Source: the human T2T-CHM13v2.0 reference genome, Homo sapiens | DNA: 64,000 nt | Assembly (NCBI GenBank): GCA_009914755.4 | Contig: CP068257.2 | Location: 37,696,001 to 37,760,000 of the forward strand | Reading direction: 5' to 3' | Part shown: one piece after another, positions 48,140 to 64,000 of the stretch | How the letters are laid out: each line of letters opens with the position of its first letter | Numbering within the stretch: position 1 is the stretch's first letter | Position numbers and translations under genes: made by a program | The notes under the pieces: model-generated | What the model saw: the letters and a program-made list of their open reading frames with translations, nothing else | Database searches by the model: none | Told to the model about the DNA's origin: nothing

Positions 48140-48547
48140 GTAAAGGGAGGGGAGAAATATGTCAGAGGCGTTTGAACCAGAGCGACTCCATCTTGAGGGC
48201 TGTGTAAAATGAGGCTGGGACATGCTGAGCTGCATTCCCAGAAAGTCAGGTATTTCTAGCCTCTAGATGTTTACGGTTAAAGGAACAGATTGATAATGTT
48301 TACTAAAGTGACCCAGACTTAGGAATGTCCTGATATCCCAATATCTTGAGAACAGAAGCGTTCCTAATTTTGCTTTAAAGATAATAATATCAATTCTTGC
48401 AAAATGTAGTAATTAGGAAAATTAATCATTTATCACAAATCCTTGTAGCAGAGCACATCTCCCCATGATCTTTTTTTAATCCTATCTATAAATAAGTATT
48501 GTACCTAGGATGGACACATTCCTCCTCTGGTAACTTCCTTCTTTCCT
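48140..48547 (+). mobile_element. Putative ERV 3' LTR start after a polypurine tract (aaagggaggggagaaa)
   Basis: Purine tract followed by TG...; position is consistent with an env-PPT-LTR layout. LTR family not recognised. Confidence 0.3.
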
Positions 48548-48800
48548 TTCTTTTTTTTGAGACAGGGTCTCGCTCTGTTGTCCAGGCTGGAGTGCAGTGA
48601 CGTGATCATGGCTTACTGTAGCCTCCAACCTCCTGGGCTCAAATAATTCTCTCCTTTCAGCCTCCTGAGGAGCTGGACTATAGGTGCATATCCCTATGTC
48701 TGGCTAATTTTTAAATTTTTTTGTGGAAACAGGGCCTCACTATGTCGCCCAGCCTAGTCTCAAACTCCTGGGCTCAAGCCATCGTCCTGCCTCAGCCTCT
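48548..48800 (-). mobile_element. Alu SINE (AluJ-like), antisense, truncated
   Basis: Diverged consensus. Confidence 0.75.
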
Positions 48801-48813
48801 CACGGACAAATGA

Positions 48814-49122
<309 letters not shown>

Positions 49123-49269
49123 TGACAAGGACACGCAATGGGGAAAGGCTGAAGCGGGGAGGATTACTTGAGTTCAAGACTTTGAGAAAACCAGCCTGGG
49201 CCACGTAAGGAAACCCCTATCTCTTTTTAAAAAAGTATTGTATACTAAAAGTTTGCTAAGAGAGTGGAT

Positions 49270-49486
49270 CTTAATATGTTAAGTGTTTTTGTCACAAAAA
49301 TAGCAGAGATCATAATAAAGGAGGTGCAGTGAAACTGCGAGGGGATGAGTATGTTTATGGCCATGATGGTGATAATGGTTTCCCAAGTGTATACTTATCC
49401 CTAATCTCATCCAGATGTTTACATTCAATATGTATGGTTTTGATATGTTAATCATACCTGAATAAAGTGGTTTAAAAAGAAGAGTT
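49270..49486 (+). mobile_element. Old L1 3'-terminal fragment (weak)
   Basis: ...atgatggtgataatggtttcccaagtgtatacttatccctaatctcatccagatgtttacattcaatatgtatggttttgatatgttaatcatacctgaataaag resembles the L1M/L1P 3' end. Confidence 0.35.
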
Positions 49487-49790
<304 letters not shown>

Positions 49791-50245
49791 AGCTTCCTGT
49801 CCTCATAGAACTTGTGCTCTAGCTTGAGAAGACAGACAATAAACCAGTAAACAGGATACTTTGACATGCCTTGAAGGAAGAAAACGCAGAGTTTAGCCTG
49901 AGAGGTTGAGATGTAGGATCGGGTTATCTTGAGACAGAGGAGACCAGGGGTACATAGTAAATTCACTTAGGCAATGAATGACTCGGATCTTGGCTGTAGG
50001 GATGGGGATCAGTGGTGGTGGTGGTGAATTGGGGATATATTTTGGTGGGGACTGACAGGACTCTTCAGTGAATCTAATGTGAGACAGAGCACAGAGACTT
50101 TTGGCTGTGAGCAATAGAACCCAAATTAGCATCAACCACGAGAAAGGAGATCATCTCCAACAATAGAAGATGGATGTGGGATTCATAATAGGCTTGCCCT
50201 GGGTCATAGATGCAGCAGCTTAATGGGTTATCACAGTCCCAAGTT

Positions 50246-50582
<337 letters not shown>

Positions 50583-51697
50583 TGAGTTGGCTTCTTTCTC
50601 TGTCTGAAATGGAAATTCTAGGTGTCATATCCAGATTACAGCATCCAGACAAATAATGTCTCTTTTCTCAGAGTGTCAATCGATTGGCTTTTTTTACTGC
50701 TTAGAATGTAGTCACAGTCAGGGGGACTCGGATACCCTTTGGCCAAATCAGGCCCACCCCTGGAGTTGGGCCAGGAGTGGAGACAGTGGAAACCTGAACA
50801 AAATGAGGGCTGTGTCACAAAGGACAAGGAGAAGAGTTGATGTGGCCTGGTATTCAGCAGTATCCGCCAGGCTGTGTGGATGGGGAGCCATTTGCCCTGC
50901 CAGGGATGCAGAGAGTTTGAGAGGAAGCTGGTAGGTCTGGTGTTGATGCATTACATTTTGGGAAACATCCGGGTCCGGTAGGCAGTTGCAGCTACAGGCC
51001 TGGAGCTTAGGAGGAAGGAAATATTTGAAAGAAAAGAGATGTTCGGGCGAGAGCTGAAACCTCAGGCGTGTGGATGGGTCAAATGGGGAACATAAAATGC
51101 CTACACCTGGCAACTAGGGATGTCACCCATCGTCCTGATGAAGCAGTTTCAGTGAGTGGCAGGGCAGAAACGAAGCCAACGGAAGAGAGTGGAAGGGAAA
51201 GGAAGAAATGGGAAGAGCTCTGGATCCTACACTGCCGTGCTGGACCACACTGTTTCACAGGAAGCCCAGGGTCTGAGCTGGTTTGTCCATGTGATGAAGA
51301 CAGAAGATAAATAGGGGTAGGTGTGACCCAAGCCTGTGAGCCAAGGAGAAGGTATGAAGGGAGGTGATGGTCAGAACATGTGAATGCTCAGCGCTCATCA
51401 CTGTATTGGATATCCAGGCTGCTGCAGAAGGATGAGAAGCAAAGGATGCAAATGAGAGCAAAAACACAGGGCTTGACACAGCTTGTCTATCATCACTATG
51501 ATGGATGAGCTGGCCAGTGACACCCAAACACAATATACACATATAGCTCACCGTGCAGCATATGTTTCTAGCCTGTTTCCAAACTTTATGGATACATGAC
51601 TGTGTAATTAATTGTCATTAGATACGATGATTGGATTTCTGTTGTTACATGTATCCCTCTAACAGTCCACAGTGCTGATTGTTATTTTAAAAAGAAC

Positions 51698-52011
<314 letters not shown>

Positions 52012-52475
52012 GCTAAGCCAGCCATAAATTGGCCACATTGTTCTCTCCTAATCACAAATGAGGCCTGGTTTTCCAAATATGGAAAGGAAAGGCCCCTTGC
52101 TTCTCTCCCATATGGCTCAGCTTTTGTGGCTTCAAAGGATAATCACTCCCTCTAAGGGGCAGCCATTTAATATTCAAGACATGAGTGAAACCCCCCAAAA
52201 CCTACTCAAATATTAAGGGGCACTTGTTCTGCCTGACTCTTGAAATTACATGAACAAGCTAAAGGTTTCCCTGTCTCGGGTGAGCTATAAAAGCAGAGGC
52301 AATGGTACAGACATGTGTATCTGACATAGCCTGAGGGGCGATCCCTTCTTAAGCCTGCAGGAGGAAGCTGCCTTAAGTTTGATTAGATGTTGCCCTACGT
52401 CTGTGGTTTGGAGTGTTGGCCAGGATAATAACTAAAAGCAGAAAAAAATGTCATCTAAATGCTACTTTTACATTT

Positions 52476-52632
52476 TTCTTTTTTTGTTTTTGAGACTTAC
52501 TCTATCACTCAGGCTGAAATGCAGTGGTATGATCATAGTCACTGTAATTTCAAACTCCTGGGCTCAAGAGATCCTCCTACCTTGGCCTCCCAAAGCCCTG
52601 GGATTACAGGCATGGGCTTCCGGGCCCAGCCA
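52476..52632 (-). mobile_element. Partial/old Alu monomer, antisense
   Basis: ...ctcaggctgaaatgcagtggtatgatcatagtcactg...ctgggattacaggcatgggc. Confidence 0.6.
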
Positions 52633-53243
52633 AGGTCTTTATTATGACAGGATTTTGCATCATCTTCTTGTTGGTTTTATTGATCATATTTGCATGCTGC
52701 AAAATGCTTTTTCCATGGCACTCTGCCATGTGGTCAGCTCACCACCCTGAACTGTGTGTGAAGTACCATAAATTTAGGTTTGATCCAAAAAGGACTCTCT
52801 CATTATCAAAATGTGCCTGTTATGTTGCCTGGGCCAGCGAAGCTATTCTTTCCATTAATAGCTCTAAATGGAATGAGAAATCTTAGACTTGTAGGTTAGT
52901 CTATTTTACTTGTGTGTTTATTTTGAATACTTTCAAAATGTTTGGTGAAACTTAATTTGGAACATTCCAGGGTGTTCTCTCATCTCTGAGCCAACCTATA
53001 AAGAAAAGAGGAGAATTGTCTCTTCAGTGTATCACTCGTGGGGCTGTAGGGGAGGCAAGGAGATCACAGGTTGCATTTTTCTTTGGAAATTTTCTGACAC
53101 AGACCTATTAATCAGTCTAGCCTATTTTTTCCATGGGAGTGAGATGAAAAGAATGAAGTATATGAAATCCCTTATTAACCCTTGCATGCTCAATCTCCAC
53201 ACTAGATCAGGGCCTTCTGTATTTAATAGGATTCCATACTACT

Positions 53244-53537
<294 letters not shown>

Positions 53538-53889
53538 CTTACTTTTTTGAAAAAGTCTTAAATAATGCACACACCCCATTTTTATTTCATGCGTATCCTT
53601 CCTTTGTTTTATATTATTTACAAACAATATAATGTGCATCTGTAAACCTATCATCCAACTTGGAGCTAGGATGTGGACAGTTACCAAGATAAACTTATGT
53701 GTCCCTTCAAAATGCTTTGCATGCTTATAATTGTTTACAGTACTTACAGTTGTTTAGTTAAGCCATAAGAGAACAAGGTCTGGGCATATTTGGTTCATCA
53801 TCATATTTTACTCTGCAGTGAGTGAAGTATCTGATACCTAAAAGGCTTTAATATCTTTTTTAAAATATCTTTTTTTAGAGAAAAATGTA

Positions 53890-54197
53890 ATTCTTGTAAA
53901 AACACGTATCATAACATTTACCATCTTAACGATTTTTAATTGTCCAGTTCAGTAGTGCTAAGTACTCATATTACGGTGGAACAGATCTCCAAAACTCTAC
54001 CCATTAAACAACTTCTCATGTCCACGTCCCCCCAGTCCCCGGTAACCACTATTCCACTTTCTGTTTCTCAGTTTGACTACTTTAGATACCTCATACAAGT
54101 GGAATCGTACAATATTTGTTTTTTTTTTTTTTGTGACTGGTTTATTTCACTTAGCATAATGTTGCTGGGGTTCATCCATGTTGTAGCATGTCAGAAT
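53890..54197 (-). mobile_element. Old L1 3'-end fragment, antisense
   Basis: ...ccccagtccccggtaaccactattccactttctgtttctcagtttgactactttagatacctcatacaagtggaatcgtacaatatttg...gtgactggtttatttcacttagcataatgtt... is the reverse complement of the L1M ORF2 end. Confidence 0.55.
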
Positions 54198-55293
<1,096 letters not shown>

Positions 55294-55364
55294 TAAAAAT
55301 AATGTTTTTCTACCCAATTGGATATGCTGCTGGAAAGAATGATTTAATTTTTTTCTGAGAATGG

Positions 55365-55565
55365 AATATATTTTTCCCCCTTCCCTTCCCCCTTCTCTTC
55401 CCCCTTCCCTTCCCTTCCCTTTTTCCTTCCCTTCCCCCTTCCCTCCTCCCTTCCCTTCCCTCCTCTCTTCCCTTCCCTCTCCCTCCCCCTCCCCCTCCCC
55501 ATCCCCTCCTCCTTCCCCCTTTCCCCTCCCCTTCCCCCCTTCCCCCCTCCCCTCCCCTCGTCTCT
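55365..55565. repeat. ~200-bp pure polypyrimidine (plus) / polypurine (minus) tract, (CCCTT/CCTTC)-like: expanded Alu tail
   Basis: Direct read: ttcccccttcccttcccccttctcttcccccttcccttcccttccc... with no purines for ~200 nt. Abuts the poly-T head of the antisense Alu at 55565. Confidence 0.9.
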
Positions 55566-55820
55566 TCTCTTCTTGAGGCGGGGTCTCACTCTGTTGCCCA
55601 GGCTAGAATGCAGTGGTGTGACTATAGCTCACTGCAGCCTCCACCTCCTGGACTGAAGCCTCAAGCAATCCTCTCGCTGTAGCCTCCCGAGTCAGCTGGA
55701 ACTACAGGTGTATGCCATCATGCCTGGATAATTTTAAATTTCTTTGTAGAGACGGGGTTTCACCATTTACTTACCTAGACTGTCTCAAACTGCTGGGCTC
55801 AAGCGATGCACCTGCCTTGG
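55565..55820 (-). mobile_element. Alu SINE (AluJ-like), antisense
   Basis: Diverged consensus. Confidence 0.75.
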
Positions 55821-56002
55821 GGGATTCTTAGTAAATCTACAGGGCTGTGCAACCATCACCACAATCCAGTTTTGGAACACTTAAATCACCTGGAAAAGAT
55901 CCCGCCTGTCCATCTGCAGCCAATCCTGGCCATAACTCCCGAAGCCCCAGGTAACCACTGATCCACTTTCTTTTACCGTAGCTTAAAATCTTCTGCCTCT
56001 GA

Positions 56003-56205
56003 CTAGCCTGGGAAACATAATGAGACCTTGTCTCTACAAAAAATTTAAAAATTAGCTGGTCATAGTGTCATGTATCTCTAGTCCCAGCTACCTGGGAGAC
56101 AGAGGTGGAAGGATCGCTTGAGGCTGGGAGGCAGAGGTTGCAGTGAGTCGTGATTGAGCTACTGCACTGTAACTAGGGTGACAGAGCAAGACCCTGTCTC
56201 AGGAA
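56003..56205 (+). mobile_element. Alu SINE, sense, 5'-truncated
   Basis: Starts mid-left arm (...acataatgagaccttgtctctac...). Confidence 0.7.
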
Positions 56206-56577
56206 CACAACAAAACAACCTTCTGCTCTTCAAAGGACAGTGTTAAGAGAATGAAAAGACAAGCCACAGACTGGGATAAAATGTTTGCAAAACATATTAC
56301 AGATAAAGGATTTGTATACAGAATAAACTCAACATTATAATAGATAATAAACAACTCAGTAAAGAAAGGGGCAACAAAGATCTGAACAGATATTTCATCA
56401 AAGATATAAGAATGACAAGCATATGAAAATGTGTTCAATATTAGTAGTCATTAGGGAAATGCAAATATAGCAGAAAACTATAATGAGATACCATTACCCC
56501 TTATTAGAATGGCTAGATTGAAAAGACTGACACTACCAAGTATTGGTGAGGATGTGGAGGAACTGGAACTCCTGTGG
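56205..56577 (+). mobile_element. Old L1 ORF2 3' region fragment
   Basis: ...gcatatgaaaatgtgttcaatattagtagtcattagggaaatgcaaatatagcagaaaactataatgagataccattacccct...ggtgaggatgtggaggaactggaactcctg matches the L1 ORF2 C-terminal region. Confidence 0.6.
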
Positions 56578-56888
56578 TTGGTTGGTTTGTTTGTTTGTTT
56601 TTGAGACGGAGTCTCATTCTGTCTCCCAGGCTGGAGTACAGTGGCATGATCTCTGCTCACTGCAACCTCTGCCTCCTGGGTTCAGGTGATTCTCTCACCT
56701 CAGTCTCCCCAAGTAGCTGAGATTACAGGTGCCCATCAACCAGCCCGGCTAATTTTTGTATTTTTAGTAGAGACAGGGTTTCACCATGTTGGCCAGGCTG
56801 GTCTTGAACTCCTGACCTCAGGTGATCCACCCGCCTTGGCCTCCCAAAGTGCTGGGATTACAGGTGTGAGCCACTGCGCCCGGCCGGA
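56578..56888 (-). mobile_element. Alu SINE, antisense (duplication copy 1)
   Basis: Consensus; shares ctcacctcagtctccccaagtagctgagattacaggtgcccat with the Alu at 57297. Confidence 0.9.
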
Positions 56889-56945
56889 ACTGGAACTCTT
56901 GTACGCTGTTAGTCACTGCTAGAGGGAATATAAAATGGTATAACT

Positions 56946-57255
<310 letters not shown>

Positions 57256-57296
57256 CTACTTTGCAAAAGAGGTTAGCAGTTTCTTGAAATACATTT

Positions 57297-57588
57297 CTTT
57301 TTTTTTGAGACAGAGTCTTGCTGTCACCCAGGCTGGAGTGTAGTGGTGCAATCTCGGCTCACTGCAAGCTCCGCCTCCCGGGTTCAAGCAATTCTTTCAC
57401 CTCAGTCTCCCCAAGTAGCTGAGATTACAGGTGCCCACTAACCTGCCGGCTAAGTTTTGTATTTTTAGTAGAGACAGGGTTTCACCATGTTGGCCAGGCT
57501 GGTCTTGAACTCCTGACCTCAGGTGATCTGCCCGACTCAGCCTCCTAAAGTGTTGGGATTACAGGCGTAAGCCACTGTGCCCAGCCAG
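57297..57588 (-). mobile_element. Alu SINE, antisense (duplication copy 2)
   Basis: Consensus; paralogous to 56578-56888. Confidence 0.9.
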
Positions 57589-57646
57589 AACTGGAACTCT
57601 CGTACACTGTTAGTCACTGCTAGAAGGAATGTAAAATAGTATAACT

Positions 57647-57944
<298 letters not shown>

Positions 57945-57976
57945 TTATACTACTTTGCAAAACAGTTTCTCAAAAT

Positions 57977-58105
57977 ACTTTTTTTTTAGGGATGGGGTCT
58001 CACTATGTTGCCGAGGCTGGTCACCAACTCCTCAGCTCTAGTAATCCTCTCACTGCAGCCTCCCAAGTACTGGGACTACAGGCACATCCATTGCTCTGGC
58101 TCATA
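57977..58105 (-). mobile_element. Partial Alu (left monomer), antisense
   Basis: tttagggatggggtctcactatgttgccgaggctggtcaccaactcc... Confidence 0.6.
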
Positions 58106-58263
58106 AACCTTTTTTTTTTCCTTTTTTTTTTTTTTTTATAGGCAGGAGAACTGTATCTTCAAAAATGTCAATATAATAAAAAACAAAGAAAAGATATGGA
58201 AATGTTTCAGATTAAAGGAGGCCAAAGAGACATGTAAATTAAATAAAATACCTGACCCTGGAT

Positions 58264-58646
<383 letters not shown>

Positions 58647-58698
58647 TAAAGTATTGTATTAATGTTAACATTACAGAAGTTGACAAATTATGTAAGAG

Positions 58699-58988
58699 GC
58701 CGGGCGAAGTGACTCACACCTGTAATCCCAGCACTTTGGGAGGCTGAGGTGGGTGAATCACCTGAGGTCAGGAGTTTGAGACCAGCCTTGCCAACATGGT
58801 GTAACCCCGTCTCTACTAAAAATACAAAAATTAGCTGGGAGTGGTGGCGCATGCCTGTAACCCCAGCTACTCGGAGGCTGAGGCAGGAGAATCACTTGAA
58901 CCTGGGAGACAGAGGTTGTAGTGAGCCAAGATTGCGCCACTGCACTCCAGCCTGGGTGACAGAGCAAGACCTTGTCTCCAAAAAAAAT
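58699..58988 (+). mobile_element. Alu SINE, sense
   Basis: Consensus. TSD atgtaagag. Confidence 0.9.
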
Positions 58989-59006
58989 GTAAGAGTACAT
59001 TGTTAG

Positions 59007-59007
59007 T

Positions 59008-59046
<39 letters not shown>

Positions 59047-59108
59047 AGAGAGAAAGAATGAGAGAGCGAGAAGGAGAAAAGAATGAGAGAGAGAGAGAAA
59101 CAGAGAAC
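59007..59108. repeat. (CA)17 followed by a GA-rich purine tract
   Basis: Direct read acacacac...acacagagagagagaaagaatgagagagcgagaaggagaaaagaatgagagagagagagaaacagag. Confidence 0.9.
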
Positions 59109-59640
59109 AAGTCCCCAAAGAACCTTGGTCAACCCAGCTCTCCCCTTCTTGCTTGCGGTTCCCAGGCAGAATGTACCAAGATTGCAACATCCTGAGATAA
59201 AGAGGAACAACCCAGGCTCTCTCCACGATCCTCCTAGAACAGATGTCCTGCAACACTTGTGATCAGTTAAGTCAAGTCCTGGCCAGAGTATAAAACCCAG
59301 AGTTGGGGGGTGGTGTGCTTTCTGAGTCCCTCAGCTGCAGTGTGAAGTGGAGCTCGTGCAGATGAGACTTCCTCTGTCCTATGCACCTTTCTTGAGGCTT
59401 GGGGACCAGCTCACCGTGGATCCTAGGCTTCTGTTGGCTTTTGCCGCCTTTCTGGGAGTAATAAAGTTGCTTTGCCTTACTTGTGTAAGTGTTCTATCTC
59501 CCTGGACTTATACTCGGACAGCTGGGTTTGTGCAAAATCTCCTAGCAAATGCAGGAATCTTAGCAGAAATTAACCAGGTGTTTAGAGCCCTCCCTTGGGA
59601 TTGGTAATCAGTGTGTGATGTTTCTCTCTCAGTGATTGAC
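59108..59640 (+). mobile_element. LTR-like element (solo LTR?) with TATA-like tataaaacccag and polyA signal aataaagttgctttgcc
   Basis: U3/R-like architecture: tataaaa at ~59290 and aataaag at ~59460, ~170 bp apart. Family not recognised. Confidence 0.35.
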
Positions 59641-59734
59641 ACTGGTGTATGGTATTCTGCTTAACAGAGGGAGAGAAAGAACATGAAGGAGCAAATGAAG
59701 TAAAATGAACTAGGTTAATCTAAGTTAAGGATTT

Positions 59735-60220
<486 letters not shown>

Positions 60221-60485
60221 ACAACTTTTCTACAAATTTGAAACTATTTTAAAATAAAAACTTTCAATATTTTAATTATTTTTAAAACGAAGATGGCATG
60301 GCATAAAATAAAAACAAATTTAAAAAGCAAACGAAAGTTTATTTAGAGATAAATTTCTGGGCATAGTGCTAAGCCTGTGAAAATTTATGGTCTAAATAAA
60401 GTTGGCTGCACTAATAACCATAAGATTAATTTTTAACCTATTGAACTTTACCTAATCAGAAGGCCTTGGTGTAAAATACGGACTA

Positions 60486-60808
<323 letters not shown>

Positions 60809-60997
60809 AATAAATAAAGGTTATCTGGTTTTAGCAATATTTTTCAAACTGAGGTGAAATTCATAGAAGATACAATTAGCCATTTTAAAGCATATAATTC
60901 AATGTCGCACAACACCATCTAGCAATATAAATAGTGCTGCCGTTTAGGATAATTTAATATTTGTATTTTAAAATGTTGCATAAATGCTTGTTCTTAA

Positions 60998-61316
<319 letters not shown>

Positions 61317-61352
61317 CTACACTTCCATTTTATAACATTTTACTTTATTTAA

Positions 61353-61904
<552 letters not shown>

Positions 61905-62039
61905 TAATAGATGTACATATTTTGGGGATCCATTTGATCATTTGATACATTCATATAGTGTTAAAGATTAAAGCAGGTTTATTGAGATATCCATCACCTT
62001 AAATATTATCTTTTATACACACTTTTTAAAAACCTCATT

Positions 62040-62219
<180 letters not shown>

Positions 62220-63010
62220 TTAAGCATAGCAAAATAGTTCATATTACATTCTGTTTTTCTTTCAGATTAGCTATACACACACACAAAGGCTTAAAAATTC
62301 AGCTATACTAAAATGCAGTATTCCAAAAGACACCAATTCTTCATTCTTTGTTAGCCATCCTGGATTCTCAAACAGGCTGCCAACATACAGGATGACTGTA
62401 GGTGTCTCGCAGCTACTGAGCAATACGATGGCTGTAAAACGCGTGCATGTGAGGAATTGCCTGAGCTTAGTTCCTGCCAGTCAGCTACTGAAACAAACAC
62501 TGCAGATTTTACTTGATTCGCTCTGAATACTGATGCTTCCTAGTTCCTGGGGGAAAGATGGTCAGTCTGCTCTGTAATTCAACCTGTGTGTAATCATCAA
62601 TATGATCATCATTATTGTCATCTAGTAAAACCAAGTGGATAATGCTAAGAATAGGGAAAGTTTCAGTTCCCACTAAATTCCTTCTCTCTTTGTCGACTCT
62701 GTTTTCATAGGTTTTAGAATGAGTTGAGGCAAGCTCATTTTCACCTTGCATTTCAGTGCTGCCTTCTGGATGTGCTCTCTTGAATCTGCCTTGCGTTTGC
62801 TGCCCTCAGTAACTGACCCTGCTTCCCTCAGTTCTGATCACACTGCTGGTCAGTGCTGATGTTCCTTTGAGTCTCTGACTGAGATGTAGTCTCCCTGAAG
62901 AGACTTCAGCTCTCCAAACTCAGTCATGATTGGTTTAAAATTGATATAAAAGCCACCGATGAAGGGCTTGTTAGCCTGGCTCTCTGAAGTCCGACGAAGA
63001 AAGATTGTTG

Positions 63011-63330
63011 GCCAGGTGCGGTGGCTCACACCTATAATCCCAGCACTTTGGGAAGCCGAAGCGGGCAGATCGCCTGAAGTCAGGAGTTCGAGACCAGCCT
63101 GGCCAATATGGTGAAACCCTGTCTCTACAAAAATACAAAAATGAGCTGGGTGTGTTGGTGTGTGCCTGTAATCCCAGCTACTCAGGAGGCTGAGGCAGGA
63201 GAATCGCTTGAACCCGGGAAGCAGAGGTTTCAGTGAGCCGATACCAAGCCATTGCACTCCAGCCTGGGCAACAAGAGCGAAACTCCATCTCAAAAAAAAA
63301 AAAAAAGAAAAAAAGAAAAAAAAGAAAGAT
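63011..63330 (+). mobile_element. Alu SINE, sense
   Basis: Consensus, A-rich tail with AAAG interruptions. TSD (a)gaaagatt. Confidence 0.9.
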
Positions 63331-63469
63331 TATTATGACAGAAGTCCTGGTACTTGTCTGCTCTGAACAAGAAGTGGTTTGACAAAAGCCCCCGCTGCTG
63401 CTTTCATTGGTATTTGCATTTTCTGACAGTTTTGCTCTGGGCTCAGATCCATTTGTAACACTGTCCCAA

Positions 63470-63534
63470 TCTCTATCCCCTCCCCTCCACTTCTGTCCCC
63501 TCCCCTGCCCTCCACTTCCCTTTCCCCTCCCCCC
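63470..63534. repeat. Polypyrimidine CT-rich tract (cccctcccctcc...)
   Basis: Direct read; forms the head of the adjacent antisense Alu. Confidence 0.8.
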
Positions 63535-63825
63535 CTTTTTTTTTGACAGGGTCTTGCTCTGTCACCCAGACTGGAGTGCAGTGGCGTGATCTTGGCTCAC
63601 TGCAGCCTCCGTCTCCAAAGCTGAAATGATTTTCTCTCTTCAGCCTCCTGAGTAGCTGGGACTATAGACATGTGCCACCATGTCCAGCTAATTTTTGTAT
63701 GTTTTGTAGACATGGGGGTCTCACTATGTTGCCCAGGCTGGTCTAGAGCTCCTGAACTCAAGTGATCCTCCTGCCTCGGCCTCCCAAAGTGTTAGGATTA
63801 CAGGTGTGAGCCACTGTGCCCGGTC
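63535..63825 (-). mobile_element. Alu SINE, antisense
   Basis: Consensus. Confidence 0.85.
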
Positions 63826-64000
63826 CCAATTTCTATTTTCTACAGGGTGATTTTTTTTTTTTTAACTTGACAGTCTAGTGTGATAGTTGGATGGTGTTGG
63901 TAGCAGTTTGGACCTGCTGTATTCTTTTTCTTCTTCCACTGCTTTACTTGACTCAAGTCTTGAATTAAGGAATGAAACTTTTCTGTGTTCTCTGTCTCTT

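Noticed and set aside
55344-55589. ORFs encoding poly-Gly/Arg/Glu-Lys or poly-Pro/Ser/Leu.
   Set aside because: They are translations of the ~200-bp polypyrimidine/polypurine simple repeat on the two strands.
59108-59640. Considered calling this a 5' LTR with primer-binding site (tggtaatcagtg…) of a provirus.
   Set aside because: The sequence after the putative LTR does not match common tRNA PBS sequences and no gag-like ORF follows. Kept only as a low-confidence solo-LTR-like feature.

Overview
This is human (primate) genomic DNA, not a prokaryotic locus. About 85 Alu SINEs make up roughly 35-40% of the window, alongside old L1 pieces, MaLR/ERV LTR remnants, a mariner fragment, microsatellites and two CpG islands. 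From the exon sequences I recognise it as the chr21q22.2 BRWD1-HMGN1 interval. (1) The 5' end of BRWD1 lies on the minus strand: the ATG exon plus coding exons 2-4 sit inside a ~2 kb CpG island at ~0.95-2.95 kb. (2) A ~28 kb Alu-rich intergenic stretch follows. (3) The complete HMGN1 gene is on the minus strand at ~30.87-37.7 kb: six coding exons, 303 nt, 100 aa, all GT-AG introns, translating exactly to the HMGN1 protein MPKRKVSSAEGAAKEE...EAKSD, with a CpG-island promoter at ~36.8-38.3 kb. (4) The ~26 kb upstream of HMGN1 is dominated by Alu, a ~4.6 kb old L1 body riddled with Alu insertions, an Hsmar1 transposase remnant abutting a THE1-type LTR, a gamma-retroviral env remnant, and a ~700 bp Alu-L1-Alu unit present as a diverged tandem duplication. 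No CRISPR array, operon or prokaryotic defence system is present, and I see no evidence for a novel protein-coding system. The points worth a second look are small structural and regulatory oddities: a 26-bp tandem duplication in the HMGN1 5' leader, a (UG)~19 tract 8 nt into HMGN1 intron 5, G-rich and GCC tracts at the BRWD1 5' end, H-DNA-prone polypyrimidine tracts, and the duplication. All coordinates are approximate (about +/-10 bp for repeats; exon boundaries were derived base-by-base).
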